This document shows, piece after piece, positions 1 through 12,365 of a DNA stretch of 64,000 nucleotides. The position numbers and the translations under genes were made by a program. The notes below the pieces were generated by a model, which saw only the letters and a program-made list of their open reading frames with translations, ran no database searches and was not told the DNA's origin. Origin of the DNA: Octopus sinensis (lineage: Eukaryota); assembly GCF_006345805.1 (NCBI RefSeq), contig NC_043023.1, positions 4,340,001 to 4,404,000 of the forward strand, written 5' to 3'. Positions within the stretch are counted from its first letter, which is position 1, and every line of letters begins with the position of its first letter.

Positions 1-789
1 TAATTGCCATTTCTGTATTGATAAATATAATTTTAAAAAAATAAAACTCGCTATTGTCATATAATAAACAAACAGAAGTTCGTGTATGAAGTTCATCTCT
101 TTTCTACTTCAATTATTATATGAGACACTTGCAAGAGATCAGTCAGCCGGACTATTTGCAGAGCAGCTTTTGGAAACTTGGTGTAGGGAGAGTTCCAATT
201 GTTGAAGAACAGTCCAAGTTTTTTTTTTTTTTTTTAATTGGGAAAATCGTGCGGGTGTTACTCTGAAAATTTACCAAGAATACTTTCAATCTGGCTTCTG
301 ATAAACAGTAAAAGTAATTACCCGATCAACGATGGATGGATGTACGTACATGTATGTATGTACGTACGAACGAACGATCGTCGTCATCATCTTCAATTCT
401 ACTTCTTGCATCTGTGGGTCAGATGAGACTGATTTGGGACAGAATCTTCAATGGTCATCTGCCCTTCATGTTAACCCTCCCTACCCATTTCCAAGCAAAG
501 TGAAAGTCCAATCCCCCAGACTATTGTGCAATAAACGGCCTGGTTATGTTTAAACCAAGAGTTGGAATATATTCACTATTATTCGATTGTATTTTTCGTA
601 AAGTGGATTTTCTCATCAGATAACAAAGCAGTTTCCTGACATCTCACGTGATAGAAGAACTACTTAAGTGAAGGGAGACAATCATACAGTGACTGTAGTA
701 TTGATCACTTCCCATGTATTGCACATTGCTTATAAGCAGGGATTTTTTTTATTCACTGTGTGTGTGTGTGTACGAACATACTTTTTTTA

Positions 790-1425
790 AAATCTTTTAC
801 TTGTTTCAGTCATTAGACTGCTGCCAAGCTGGGGCACTGCCTTGATGAATATTTAGTTGAATGAATCAACCCCAGTATTTATTTTGATTTTTTAAAGCCT
901 GGTACTTAATCTGTTGGTCACTTTTTCTGAACCACTAAGTTACAGGGATATGTATTTGTGTGGTATGAAGTTTGCTTCCCAACCACATGGTTCCAGGTTC
1001 AATCCCACTGTGTGGCATCTTGAGCGTTTGCTACTATACACTTTGGTCAACAAAAACGTTGTGAGTGGATTTGATAGATGGAAACTGAAAGAAGCCCATC
1101 GTGTGTGTGCCTGTGTTTGTCCATCACCACTGCTTGACAACCGGTGTTAGTGTTTTAAAGCCTGGTACTTATTCTGTCAATCATTTTTGCTGAACTGCTA
1201 TCATAAAGACACCCACACTCGTCAAGCGAAGGTGGGGGACAAACATAGACACAGAGAAATACACACACACAACAGGCTTATTTCAGTTACCATCAACCAA
1301 ACTCACTCACAAAGCTTTGGTCAGCCTGAGGCTAAGTAGAAGAGAGCTGCCCAAAGTGCCATGCTATGGAACTGAACCTGGAACCATGTGATTGGGAAGC
1401 AAGCTTCTTACCACACAGCTAAATC
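790..1425. mobile_element. Cluster of fragments of the dominant tRNA-derived SINE family (both orientations)
   Basis: Matches pieces of the fuller copies at 21016-21431 and 48937-49324 (ttttacttgtttcagtca; aaccacatggttccaggttcaatcccactg; actcacaaagctttggtc). Confidence 0.8.
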
Positions 1426-1485
1426 TACACCTATTGTTTGATTTTATCCTCTGTCTTTAATATTTTTTTTTCGTTTTTTTTCCAG

Positions 1486-1547
1486 ATACCATGTAAACAT
1501 GTATTTTGTTTTGATTGTGCAAAGAAGACAGAAAAGACTTGCCCAAG
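1486..1547 (+). CDS. CBLL1: Hakai/CBLL1 internal exon (RING finger, second half)
   Basis: Polypyrimidine tract plus CAG acceptor ends at 1485 and GTATGT donor starts at 1548. Encodes IPCKHVFCFDCAKKTEKTCP, matching the Hakai RING segment (IPCKHVFCxDC...CP). The phase-2 AG joins the A at 12366 to give Arg. Upstream exons lie outside the window. Confidence 0.93.
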
Positions 1548-2039
1548 GTATGTACCCTTTCTAATCTGTTTTGACATTAGAGTAGTTGTGAGATGGTCAA
1601 GCACCAAACTAAATGCTTTACAACAGTATTTCTTAATCATTTTTTCCCATGGACCCCTTTGGTTCATACTTTATTTAGAAAGACCCTCCATAGCCTTTCA
1701 ATGTGTATATTAAAATATCCTAATGTATTTTAATAATTAAGTATTATTAAAATTTGTATTAAAAAAATTAAAATATTTTGTGTATTGTAGAAGTATAAGC
1801 AATTTATTGCAGATAAACTTCTTGACATTGTGAATGCAAATTCTTGCCAGTGTTTGAATCATCATCACCACCATCATCATCATTTAACATCCACTTTTGC
1901 GCACTCACATGAGTTGGACAGAGCTTGTTGAAGCAGGATTTTTATGGCCAGATGCCCTTCATGTCACCAACCCTCACCTGTTTCCAACTAGGGTAATATT
2001 CCCCATGGCCAAACATGTTTTCACAGAAGGTTAGGACTT

Positions 2040-2487
2040 TGTTGTGTGTGAAACATTTAACCTCTCTGCAATCTCTTGAACAATTATATGACAATCAGAT
2101 TCAATTATGGCTTTGATTCAGTCATCATCAACTTTAGTAGGTTGACCAGAACTTTGGTCGTCTTTGAATGAAAAATCTCCAGAATGGTATTTTTAAAACC
2201 ATTTCTGACATCTGCAGTCTGTTAAGCAATCAACACCATAAACTTCTCTTTGTGAGCCTCAGTAGCATCCTTGTGGAAATAAAAAAGCAAATATGTCAGT
2301 CCATGTTAAAATTGACACTGGACTAACAGCTGTAAACAAAATTACACATAATTTGCTTCAAAAGTAAGCTAAAATTAATGACTGAAATGTCAGAAAGAAA
2401 AAAATCATAACATTGACAAAAGTTATTCAACAAAATCATAACTCTGTCTATTTGGGAAAAACGTAATTACTTTCTTGCCAACTCAAC
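2040..2487 (-). mobile_element. Mariner transposon 5' fragment (degenerate)
   Basis: The minus strand reads ...SFKDDQSSGQPTKVDDD*IKAIIESDCHIIVQEIAERLNVSH, a mariner N-terminal HTH region. A TIR-like end (gtaattactttcttgccaactcaa) lies at about 2462-2486. Confidence 0.7.
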
Positions 2488-4403
2488 ACACACACACACA
2501 CACAAGCATATACATATGTGAATGGCTTCTTTCAATTTCTGGCCAGAGCTTATAGTAGAAGACATTTGATCAAAGTTTCACACTAAGACTGAACCCAAAA
2601 CCATGCAATTTGGAAGCAAACTTCTTATCACTTAGTCATACCTGCACCTAGTGTACTTTTTGTATATGTTATATGTGTGTGTATGTGTATGTATATATAT
2701 ATATATAACAGATAAGATAATATATTAAATACATTAAAAATGTAATATATTTAAATATATTAAGATACAGGTAGCATATTAGCAATTAAAATCTAACAAA
2801 GAATTAATAAATGAGGGTACAAAAAAGCACCAATTGCTAGAAATAAAAGTCAGAAAATAACTTGATTACCACACAAAGCACTGACTTTGTGAGATTGATG
2901 AAAAGTGAGGGAGGGAGGGAGCAAACCCACCTTTCTATTGTGAGACAAACTCACGAAATGAAGTAAACGGATACATATATATAATCATCATTGTCATTAT
3001 CATATAATATCCTTCCATGCTGCCATAGGTTGGATGGTTTGACAGGAGCTAGCTAGGTGGACACCTGCACCATACTTCTGTGTCTGTTTTGGCAGGGTTT
3101 TTACAGCTGGATACCCTTCCAACCACACCACAGAGTGGGTTGAGTGCATTTTATGTGGCACTAGCACAATTGGGGTCAGTTTTGGCAAGGTTTTTACAGC
3201 TGGATGCCTTTCCAAATGCCAGCCACTTTACAGTGTGGACTGGATGCTTTTTAAGTGGCACCAGCACCAGCAGGGTCACCAAGTAACTTTGTAAGACAAG
3301 GAATCTTTGAGAGTGGAGGAGGTGATCTTGTTTCAGATGATGAAAGGTTAGATTAGAGTGTGACGGATACACAGAAATAGGTGTCTTGCTGTTGAGGAGA
3401 TACCTGGTTCCACAGCAGGAGAGTGAGAGAAAGAAAGAGAGACAGTAAATAAGAAAGAGGGCAGGAACAAGTGTGCTGCTGTAAAAGAGATAGAAAGTTA
3501 CCTAGCAAGAGGAGAAGGGAGGGAGAGTGATCAGTAATGAGGGCAGAAACATGGGTGCTGCTGTAGAGGAGATACATGGCTACCCAGTCAGATGGAAGAG
3601 CAAGGGAAAGAGAGAGAGAGAATGGGAAACAGCAAAAGTGCAAGAGAGAGCAGAAGAGACATGGCAACAAGGTGCCAGGATATACTCGCAAGGATTGGGG
3701 ATTAGGGCACAGATGGGATGGTAGTGTAAGGAAGAGAGAGGTAAGTGGTGGCCGGTGGCAGGGCGTACTTCCAAGGTATGGAGGCCATAATATTTGTGAC
3801 CAAGTATTGGCAAGAGGTACGAGTAGGGGTGGGGAATGCTATGACTGGTGAAATGCACACGTGTATGTACATGTGTGTCAGTGCATACAACAGGCTTCCA
3901 CACAGCTTCTGTCTACTAAATTCATTCACAAGGCATTGATTTGCCCAGGGCTATAGTAAAAGACTGCCTGAGGTGGTTACATAGTGGAACTGGCCCCAAA
4001 CTCCTGTGATTGCAAAGCAAGCCTCTTAACTGCATGGCCATGCCTGTATCATTACCAGCATCATTTTATGCCATCTTCCCATGCTGACCTAGAAATACGA
4101 AAAAGTGATGACACAGGGAAAACTCCATTAGCTCACAGCTGTTTCTGCTATAAGATGTAGTAGACTCATAGTTGAGTGTCTGAGTAACACATTATAGTTT
4201 CATTGGGAACCCCAAATATGAAGTGAAATTTGGGAGCCTCAGATAAGAAGTGCAATATACATGGAAGGCATTGCCAGTGAGAAAGTCATTGCTGATGTAT
4301 ATAAAAAGTTTGTACAAAAGGCAGGTAGATTTACTAGTAGAAAAGGTAGAAAAAAACAGAAAAAAATATATTTATATATACAAAGTTTAGAAAGCTTCTT
4401 CCC

Positions 4404-5325
4404 CTAATGGCGACAAAGGGTCTCTCGCTCAGAGTGAAAGGTAGATTGTACGACGCATGTGTGCGAACTACCATGCTTCACGGCAGTGAAACATGGGCTG
4501 TGACTGCGGAGGACATGCATAGGCTCGAAAGAAATGAAGCTAGCATGGTCCACTGGATGTGTAATGTCAGTGTCCATGCATGACAGAGTGTAAATTCCCT
4601 GAGAGAAATGTTGGGCATAAGAAGCATCAGATGCAGCGTGCAGGAGAGACATTTGCATTGGTATGGTCATGTACTACAGATGGATGAGGAGAGATGTGTG
4701 AAGAAGTGCCACTCCCAAACGGTTGAAGGAATCCGGGGTAGAGGTAGACCAAGGAAGACATGGGAGGAGGTGGTCAAGCATGACCTTCGTACGTTGGGCC
4801 TCACAGAGGAAATGACGAAGACCGAGACCTCTGGAGATATGCTATGACTGTGAAGACCTGACAAATGAAGTGAATTCATGGCTCACAGGACGGCCTGCTG
4901 TGCTAACCTTGGATCGTAGAGTGACCTGCTGTTCTTGAGGAGACCTATTGAGTCAAGTACGTCAACACCAACATCAAAATGAAAATCAAATGGAAATTGT
5001 AGTTATGATACCCGTGTCGGTGGCATGTAAAAAGCACTATCCGAACGTAGCTGATGCTAGCGCCACCTGTCTGGCGTCCGTGTCGGTGACATGTAAAAAG
5101 CACAAACCGATCGTGGCCGTTTGCCAGCCTCCTCTGGCACCTGTGCCGGAGGCATGTAAAAAGCACCCACTACACTCACGGAGTGGTTGGCATTAGGAAG
5201 GGCATCCAGCTGTAGAAACACTGCCAAATCAGACTGGAGCCTGGAGCAACCTCCTGGCCTCCCAGACCCCGGTTGAACCGTCCAACCCATGCTAGCATGG
5301 AAAACGAATGTTAAACGATGATGAT
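4404..5325 (+). mobile_element. 5'-truncated RTE-clade LINE (RT C-terminus plus 3' UTR ending in (GAT)n)
   Basis: Encodes ..VQERHLHWYGHVLQMDEERCVKKC..GRGRPRKTWEEVVKHDLR. The 3' UTR is shared with many short copies in the window and ends in aacgatgatgatg. Confidence 0.88.
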
Positions 5326-5562
5326 GTGTACATGTACACAAAAAACACCTGCAGATACATAGCTCCACATATATTCACGTGCACACACACACACACACAC
5401 ACACAGATACACATCTATGTGTATATGTACATTTACATATATACACACATGCACACACCCATATGAAATGCTTATCCACAAACATGCATATTCACACTAC
5501 ATACACAAAAAAAGAAAAATAAACCAGATGGAGACAGAGATTGACACACATGTATGTACACA

Positions 5563-5938
5563 TACACTTGCGTCAGAAATTAATTAGCACTTCTCAAATT
5601 TCTACATTAAATAGGTTAAGTCAATTAACCTATGAGCTGTTCAAAACGTCTTACGCGATGAGAAAACTTAGTATGGTGTGATTCCTTGCGAGGCGCTACC
5701 TATATCTATTAAACAAAGGAAGATTTGTCTGCATCCGCACTCCAAGTTGTTGCACTGCTATGTCAACATCATAAGGCTGTAGACTCTCAAACTGCTCTGC
5801 AAACAAAGTTACGTCATCGTTCTGCGCAACAGTGAACTCGCAACAAAGCAATAGTTCGAGATATGGCCACTAGGTGACAGCACATACCTTGAGTGAAGAG
5901 CAAATCAAGGGTGCTAATTAATTTCTGACGGTAGTGTA
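5563..5938. mobile_element. Tc1/mariner-type MITE
   Basis: About 26-bp imperfect TIRs (cacttgcgtcagaaattaattagcac / gtgctaattaatttctgacggtagtg) flanked by TA on both sides. Confidence 0.8.
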
Positions 5939-6627
5939 TATATACATACAAGCATACATATATACACACACACATAAATGTATATATTTACACATATATT
6001 CACCACCATAAGGTATAGCCCCATGCATGGTGTGTAGACGGAAACTGTAAAAAGCTTGTTGTGTGTATGTATGTATATATATATATATATATATCTTTCT
6101 TTCTTTTGTTATCTTACCGTTTTTACCAATATATATATATATATTTGTATATTAGTAAAAACGGTAAGATAACAAAAGAAAGAAAGAGACCTCAATACTA
6201 TGTAAATAGAGGAATTTATCTGTAAATGTAATGTGACAATTATTCAGTAGCCAAGATATTCTGTATTGTTACCCTTAACCCTGATTTTTTCTTATGCTTG
6301 TGCGTATGTAGACGTATGTATGAGCTTTTACGGTGCGTGCACGTATGTGTGTAGGTTTGTATGTATATGCATATACACTTGGTGAAGGATGCGAGTGAAG
6401 ATGTGTACGTTTTTCTAGTGAGGGTGGATGAATGTATGCGTACGCATGTGAGAGTGCGGGCGCACATGTGTAGGTATGGACAGGCGTGCTTACGTGAATA
6501 CTATGAAATTTTTATATATATATATATATATATATATTACATTTAGATATATATATATATATATTATATATATATATACATTTAGAGATATATATATATA
6601 TATATATTACATTTAGATATATATATA

Positions 6628-6658
<31 letters not shown>

Positions 6659-6712
6659 CGTTTAAATATTTGTTGTGCAAGATTTTTTATGTGAAGTCGT
6701 GTGTTGAAACAG

Positions 6713-7104
6713 ATATTGTTATATTTCGGAATGGTCATATTGCCAGTTTAGCCAATAAAAACACACGCACTATATATTTGGTGTTACTTTGCTTCAGTGT
6801 TATTTATTTTTTACATTAATCTTAATCTTCGGCCAGAGTTCTTTCGTCACACTCCTGTGACCGCATCAGTGGTCCTTTGGTTTCTTCTTTCTTATTTGGC
6901 TGACTGTTAGTAAGGAGAGACACAAATAAGAAAGAAGAAAACAAAGGACCACTGATGCGGTCACAGGAGTGTGACGAAAGAACTCTGGCCGAAGATTAAG
7001 ATTAATGTAAAAAATAAATAACACTGAAGCAAAATAACACCTAATATATAGTGTGTGTGTTTTTATTGGCTAAACTGGCAATATGACCATTCCGAAATAT
7101 AACA

Positions 7105-7108
<4 letters not shown>
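6713..7108. repeat. Fold-back palindrome (186-bp arms, 24-bp loop) with a hammerhead-like motif in each arm
   Basis: 6713-6898 is the reverse complement of 6923-7108 with about 4 mismatches. Flanked by (TA)n. Confidence 0.9.
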
Positions 7109-7138
<30 letters not shown>

Positions 7139-8452
7139 GCATATATGAGTACAGGACATCAAAAAAACGTTGAACACAATGAAAACTTAAAAACAAAAAC
7201 ATAAAAAACGAACTTTTTTTCGAACAATGAAAAACAAACAAACAGAGAAACGTGACATGCAACATAAAGAATATTCCCCTACGTCAGTTGTACCCTGTAT
7301 CATCTACTCCGTGTTTCGAAGCTAAGAACAAAACGCGACTTCGTTGAAACAGTCCTTCCCGCAAAGCAAATTAAATAAAATTTGGGATTTTTTGCAGAGG
7401 GTGAAAGTGGTAACAAGAACAGGATAGTGAGAACAAACGGTGAGGGCTGTTAAGCCAAGACGATAGAAAAATTATTCTGAACACTAGGAAGACAAGCTAT
7501 GAAAGGAGACAGGTATAAGCATGTCTTTAGGAAGGAAATGGACAGAAATATGTTATAATCTCTAGCCTACTTACTCATGCCACAACCATAGATTTATCTA
7601 TAAACAGGTAGCTAGCTAGGTATATACTCATGTACATATTTTAGTCATATCCTCTCCCTCTCTCTTCCTCTTTCTGCCTGTATATGCCTATATTTTTTTT
7701 ATGCATATATATATATATATCCCTCTCTCTCTTTCGGAGAGGCACTGAGCAGCTATACGCACACATACACACACAGCAGTAACTTCCACCTACCGAATTC
7801 AATCACAAAGCTCCGGTCGGCTCGGGGCTATAGTGGAAGACACCTACCCAAAGTGCCATGCAGTGGGACTGAACCCGAAACCATGTAGCTAGGAAGCAAG
7901 CTCCCTAATACTCATACATATGCATGCCTATCTATGTACCTCTGCATGTGCATGTATGAATGTGCACACACGCGTATGTTTGTTTACATTTCTTAGATCG
8001 ATAAAATCATTTTATTGATAAATATAATTTATGATAAAAATTTGATTTAATTTTCCTTCTGGTGGATTCAAAGCTAAATACAGTTCGCTGCCTCTGACCG
8101 TCACTCACAGCCACTCTGTTTGTTGTTTTACTCTTCTTTCCCTAGTGTCTCTGGAGCAGAGTCTTTAAATGCTGTCTGCTGCCTGTTTTAGTATCTCTCA
8201 CTGCCACTTTGTGTGTTTTTGCTATTCTTTGCCTACAGCATCACTGACAGAAACTCACTGTTTTATCATACAAGAAGATATTTATATAAATAAATAAATA
8301 CACACACCAGATTTTTAGTCTTACAATGCCTAAGCTATATACATACACATATCATCATCATCATCATCATCATCGTTTAACGTCCGTTCTCCGATGATGA
8401 TGATGATGATATGTGTATGTATATAGCTTAGGCATTGTAAGACTAAAAATCT

Positions 8453-8520
<68 letters not shown>

Positions 8521-8595
8521 TATATATATATACATATATATATAATATATATATATATATATTATATATATATATATATATACATACATACATAT

Positions 8596-8627
<32 letters not shown>

Positions 8628-9044
8628 GATATATATATATATATATATATCTATATATATATATATTATATATATATATACATATATATATATATAATAT
8701 ATATATATATTATATTAATTTAGAGGTAGTAGACCCCTTCATCTCACCATATAAAAAATAATTTTTATTTTAAATACCTACTACTTTATAACTTGGCTAC
8801 ACATGTTTCATGAGGTACATTCCCCGGTTCCTAAACCATTCCGTGTTTTGCTGGAACCATTCTTAAAACATGGAGTGGTTTAGGAACTGGGGAATGTACC
8901 TCATGAAACATGTGTAGCCAAGTTATAAAGTAGTAGGTATTTAAAATAAAAATTATTTTTTATATCTCTAAATTAAAATATATATTTCTTCATTGAGAAT
9001 AATTTGAACCCCTGTTATGCCAGAATTTTTATTCCCTAACAAAT

Positions 9045-9113
<69 letters not shown>

Positions 9114-9394
9114 TAGTATTATAACCAATTTCATTCGGGTTTACACAGGCCACATTTTAAAAGATGAGGAATTTTGCCCTTGAGGCTGCATCTTTGAATT
9201 GAGCAAACTGAAAGTTGCCATGCAAGCTCGCTAGCACTTTTATCATCATAGGTGTGTCAATTTTCAGCTCAATCCGACCACATTTACTAACACTTTTGTC
9301 TGCACAACTGCTTGTGAGACAACGTCGGCCTTTTCAGAAATATAGAGTAGATTATAACCTGATTTCATTTGGGTCTACTCGAACCACATTTGAG

Positions 9395-9735
9395 CAGGCG
9401 GCAATTGTAGGTGTGAGTATATTCTCATGAATTCGCCTGGTGTTAAAACACCTGAAAGCCACAGACAAGTGAGATAACTTGCATCAGGTCTCGTTACTGG
9501 AGCGGTAGACATTAATGTTTTGTCATTTTACACTATTTTGCATAGAGTCATAGAAAGCGATTTCTCTTGCATCTGGCCTCATTTCGGGCGTGCGGTATTG
9601 ACAAGTCACAAATGACAAAACATTAATGTCTATCACTCATCTAATGGGACCTGGTGCATGTTATCTTGCTTGTCTATGACTTGTAGGTAAATTAATTAGA
9701 ATATATTCTCTTACACCTACGATCGCTGCCTGCCC
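9395..9735. mobile_element. Decayed MITE-like element with long imperfect inverted arms
   Basis: gcaggcggcaattgtaggtgtgagtatattctc pairs with gaatatattctcttacacctacgatcgctgcctgc. Internally, tagacattaatgttttgtcattt pairs with aaatgacaaaacattaatgtcta. Confidence 0.6.
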
Positions 9736-10142
9736 ACAAACTGACAAAACACATTGTGTATGTGTGTTTGATATTGTTTATATCCCTTGGGCTGCTTCTC
9801 ATTCATATCTATCTATGTATATATAAAATTAAATACATAACCTAAAGAGCAACTTATAGTCTCATGCTATTATGATACTTGAATAAGCATAAAGCAATCT
9901 TTCAGGTTCTGCTTAGGCATTATATATAATTTTTAAAAACAAGGATGCTGGACAATAGGAAAAAACATTAAAAAGGTTGGTGCAAAAAATGGAACAAGAA
10001 AAAGAAACGAAACCAAGAACTACAATTCTCATCCTCCCTGATTGCAGAAAACACATTAAATGGAACTGATTTAAGCAAAATAACAAAAAATGCCAAAGTC
10101 TGTGAGGCAGCAACTCAATGTGGAGTGGGTGGTGCTCTCCAG

Positions 10143-10715
10143 TTCTATAAAAGAAACCTGTTAATGTGTCTGCTCCTGCTAAAAATTTCAGATCTGAAAT
10201 TAAGCAGTGTGTTGAAATTGCTGAATCTAAGAAGAATATGAGATTTTTCTGCTATGCATAAGTTGCATTTCTTAGATTGATTAACAGATGGCTTGGATTT
10301 CTGCACTATTCTCCACTTAATTGTGTGTGCTGTGGAGCTACCCTTCAAATTCCATACATGGCTAGTCGACTTAGTTGCATTGCTTTTATTGATGTGTTGG
10401 GAAAAATATAGGTGGTTTCCATAATGTCTCTTAAATTCACCCTCACATCACCCGATGTAATTCTTCTTTTCAATTGATTTGTTTTGGAGCATTGCTGTAA
10501 CTTCAGCCTCATATATGACAGTTAATCATACATGTCTGGTGAAGTGGGCAAACTTCAGGGTCTCGACAGTTATGACCAGTAGTGGTCTCTTGATGATTTT
10601 TGTGAGCTATAATGTTCATATTGTTGCAGTAGCTGTATATTTTTATTGAGCATCAGTTAAAAATTTTCCTGGATTTATGATTTATTGGAAAATGTTTATC
10701 AAAAAGAGACAGGGT
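10143..10715 (-). mobile_element. Penelope-like element 3' fragment (GIY-YIG endonuclease, disabled)
   Basis: The minus strand reads CRDPEVCPLHQTC..VIYEAEV..NYIG..FKRHYGNH..IKWRIVQKSKP..KKCNLCIAEK..LNFRSEIFSRSRH, with stops and frameshifts. Confidence 0.85.
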
Positions 10716-11252
10716 ATTCTTGGCTGTATCAGTCTTTAACATTAAGGAAGAAAGGAGGGGCAAGCTAAATTATTTTTCTAGGTCTATTTTTTGGTCTATT
10801 TTTACAATTCATATTTTTAGTTTTAGAGTTGTAATATATTTTATCTTTGAAGTCACTGTTAGCCAGGGTGTTATTATAGTAGGGGGCAGCCTTATCAAAT
10901 GTTTGTTTTGAAGATAGCTTTGATATCCTATATTGATAAACATTATTGATGACACATTCATGTATGTTTTTTTTTTTTATACACCCATTAGCCTGACATA
11001 TCTTCTCATGTTTCTGGGAAACATCTCTTCATTATGCTAAGGGACATTTACATTGTTGGAAATGTTTTTAATTCAAAATTCTCCCCTACCCCACCCCACT
11101 GTTCTTTGTGGATCAGTCCTAATGCATCTCCAATACTATCTATTTCTCTCTCACTCACTGTCTCTATCTTCCCCTTCCTTTTTCTACTAGGGTAGCCAAG
11201 TATGTTCTCTATAGTAAGACCCCTATTTCCATCCCTCTATCATACTCTAACC

Positions 11253-11503
11253 CAGTGCTTCTCAGCTGGGCTCCATATGGCCCTTCGGAGTCCCTATAAG
11301 TTTCTGTTAAAATTTATCTGCATAAATTGCTTGTACTTTTGCAATACACAAAATATTTGAATTTTTTTATACAATTCCTTATAATTATTTAATTATTACA
11401 ATATAGTGGGACATTTTTAAACATCAAATACTTATGAGGGTCCATCCAAGTAAAATAGAAATCAAAAGGGTCCATAGGTAAAAAAAATGGTTTAGAAACA
11501 CTA
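11253..11503. mobile_element. hAT-type MITE (related partial copies at about 11505-11670 and 61410-61585)
   Basis: Ends read cagtgcttctca... and ...tagaaacacta. The internal ggggtccata motifs are shared with the other copies. The TSD is not clean. Confidence 0.55.
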
Positions 11504-12365
11504 GCCTAAAGCATATGGCCCTGCATGAGATTTTGCTAGAATTTATGTGCAATAATAATACTACAATACACAAAATATTATAATATTTTCTTTGCAATTC
11601 CTAGTATCTAATTATAAAAATACAGGAGAGTAAAGTAGGAATCAAAGGGATCCATAGGAGAACCACTAGGCTAACCTGTCACGCTTCCTCTCCCAGCCAA
11701 AGGGCCTTTGTCTCACAAGTAGTAACCCTGCTAGTGCTGGTTCCATGTAAAAAGCATCCAGCACATTATGGAATGGTTGGTGACAAAAAGGACATCCAGC
11801 CATAGAAATCATGCCAGAACAAATAATGGATCCTGATTAGGAAGCAAACTTCATCACACAGCCACACTGTACTTTTATCTTCATCAATTCCTGTACATTT
11901 TCCATGCTGGCATGGGTAAGATGGCTCGATTGGAGCTGGCAAGCCAGGGAACTGCTCCAGGCTCCAGTCAGTTTGGCTTGATTTCTACAGCTGGATGCCC
12001 TTCCTATTGAGAACCACTTTACAGATTGTACCAGGTGCTTTTTATGTGTCACTGACATGAAAGCCTTTTACATATCACTGGCATGGGTACCTTTCATGTG
12101 TCGCCAGCTCTGGCCATGATTACGATTTCATTGAGCTTGACATGTCTTTACAGCAAATCATCAAAGGTGTTTGTCCCTTGTCATCTCAGTGAGATTCAAC
12201 ATCCAAGGATCACATTTCACCACCTCATCCCACATCTTCCTGGGTTTTTACCTCTTCCCCAGTTTCCTTTCAAATTTGGAGATTGGCACTTTTTTATGCA
12301 TTTTGTTTTGTTTTTCTGTAATTTTTTCTTTCTTTTCATTCAGTTATAATTTTCTTTTTCTGCAG

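Noticed and set aside
1-1485. Upstream Hakai exon (first half of the RING)
   Set aside because: No frame encodes the expected HxCxxCxxPIxIYGRM segment, so it must lie before the window.
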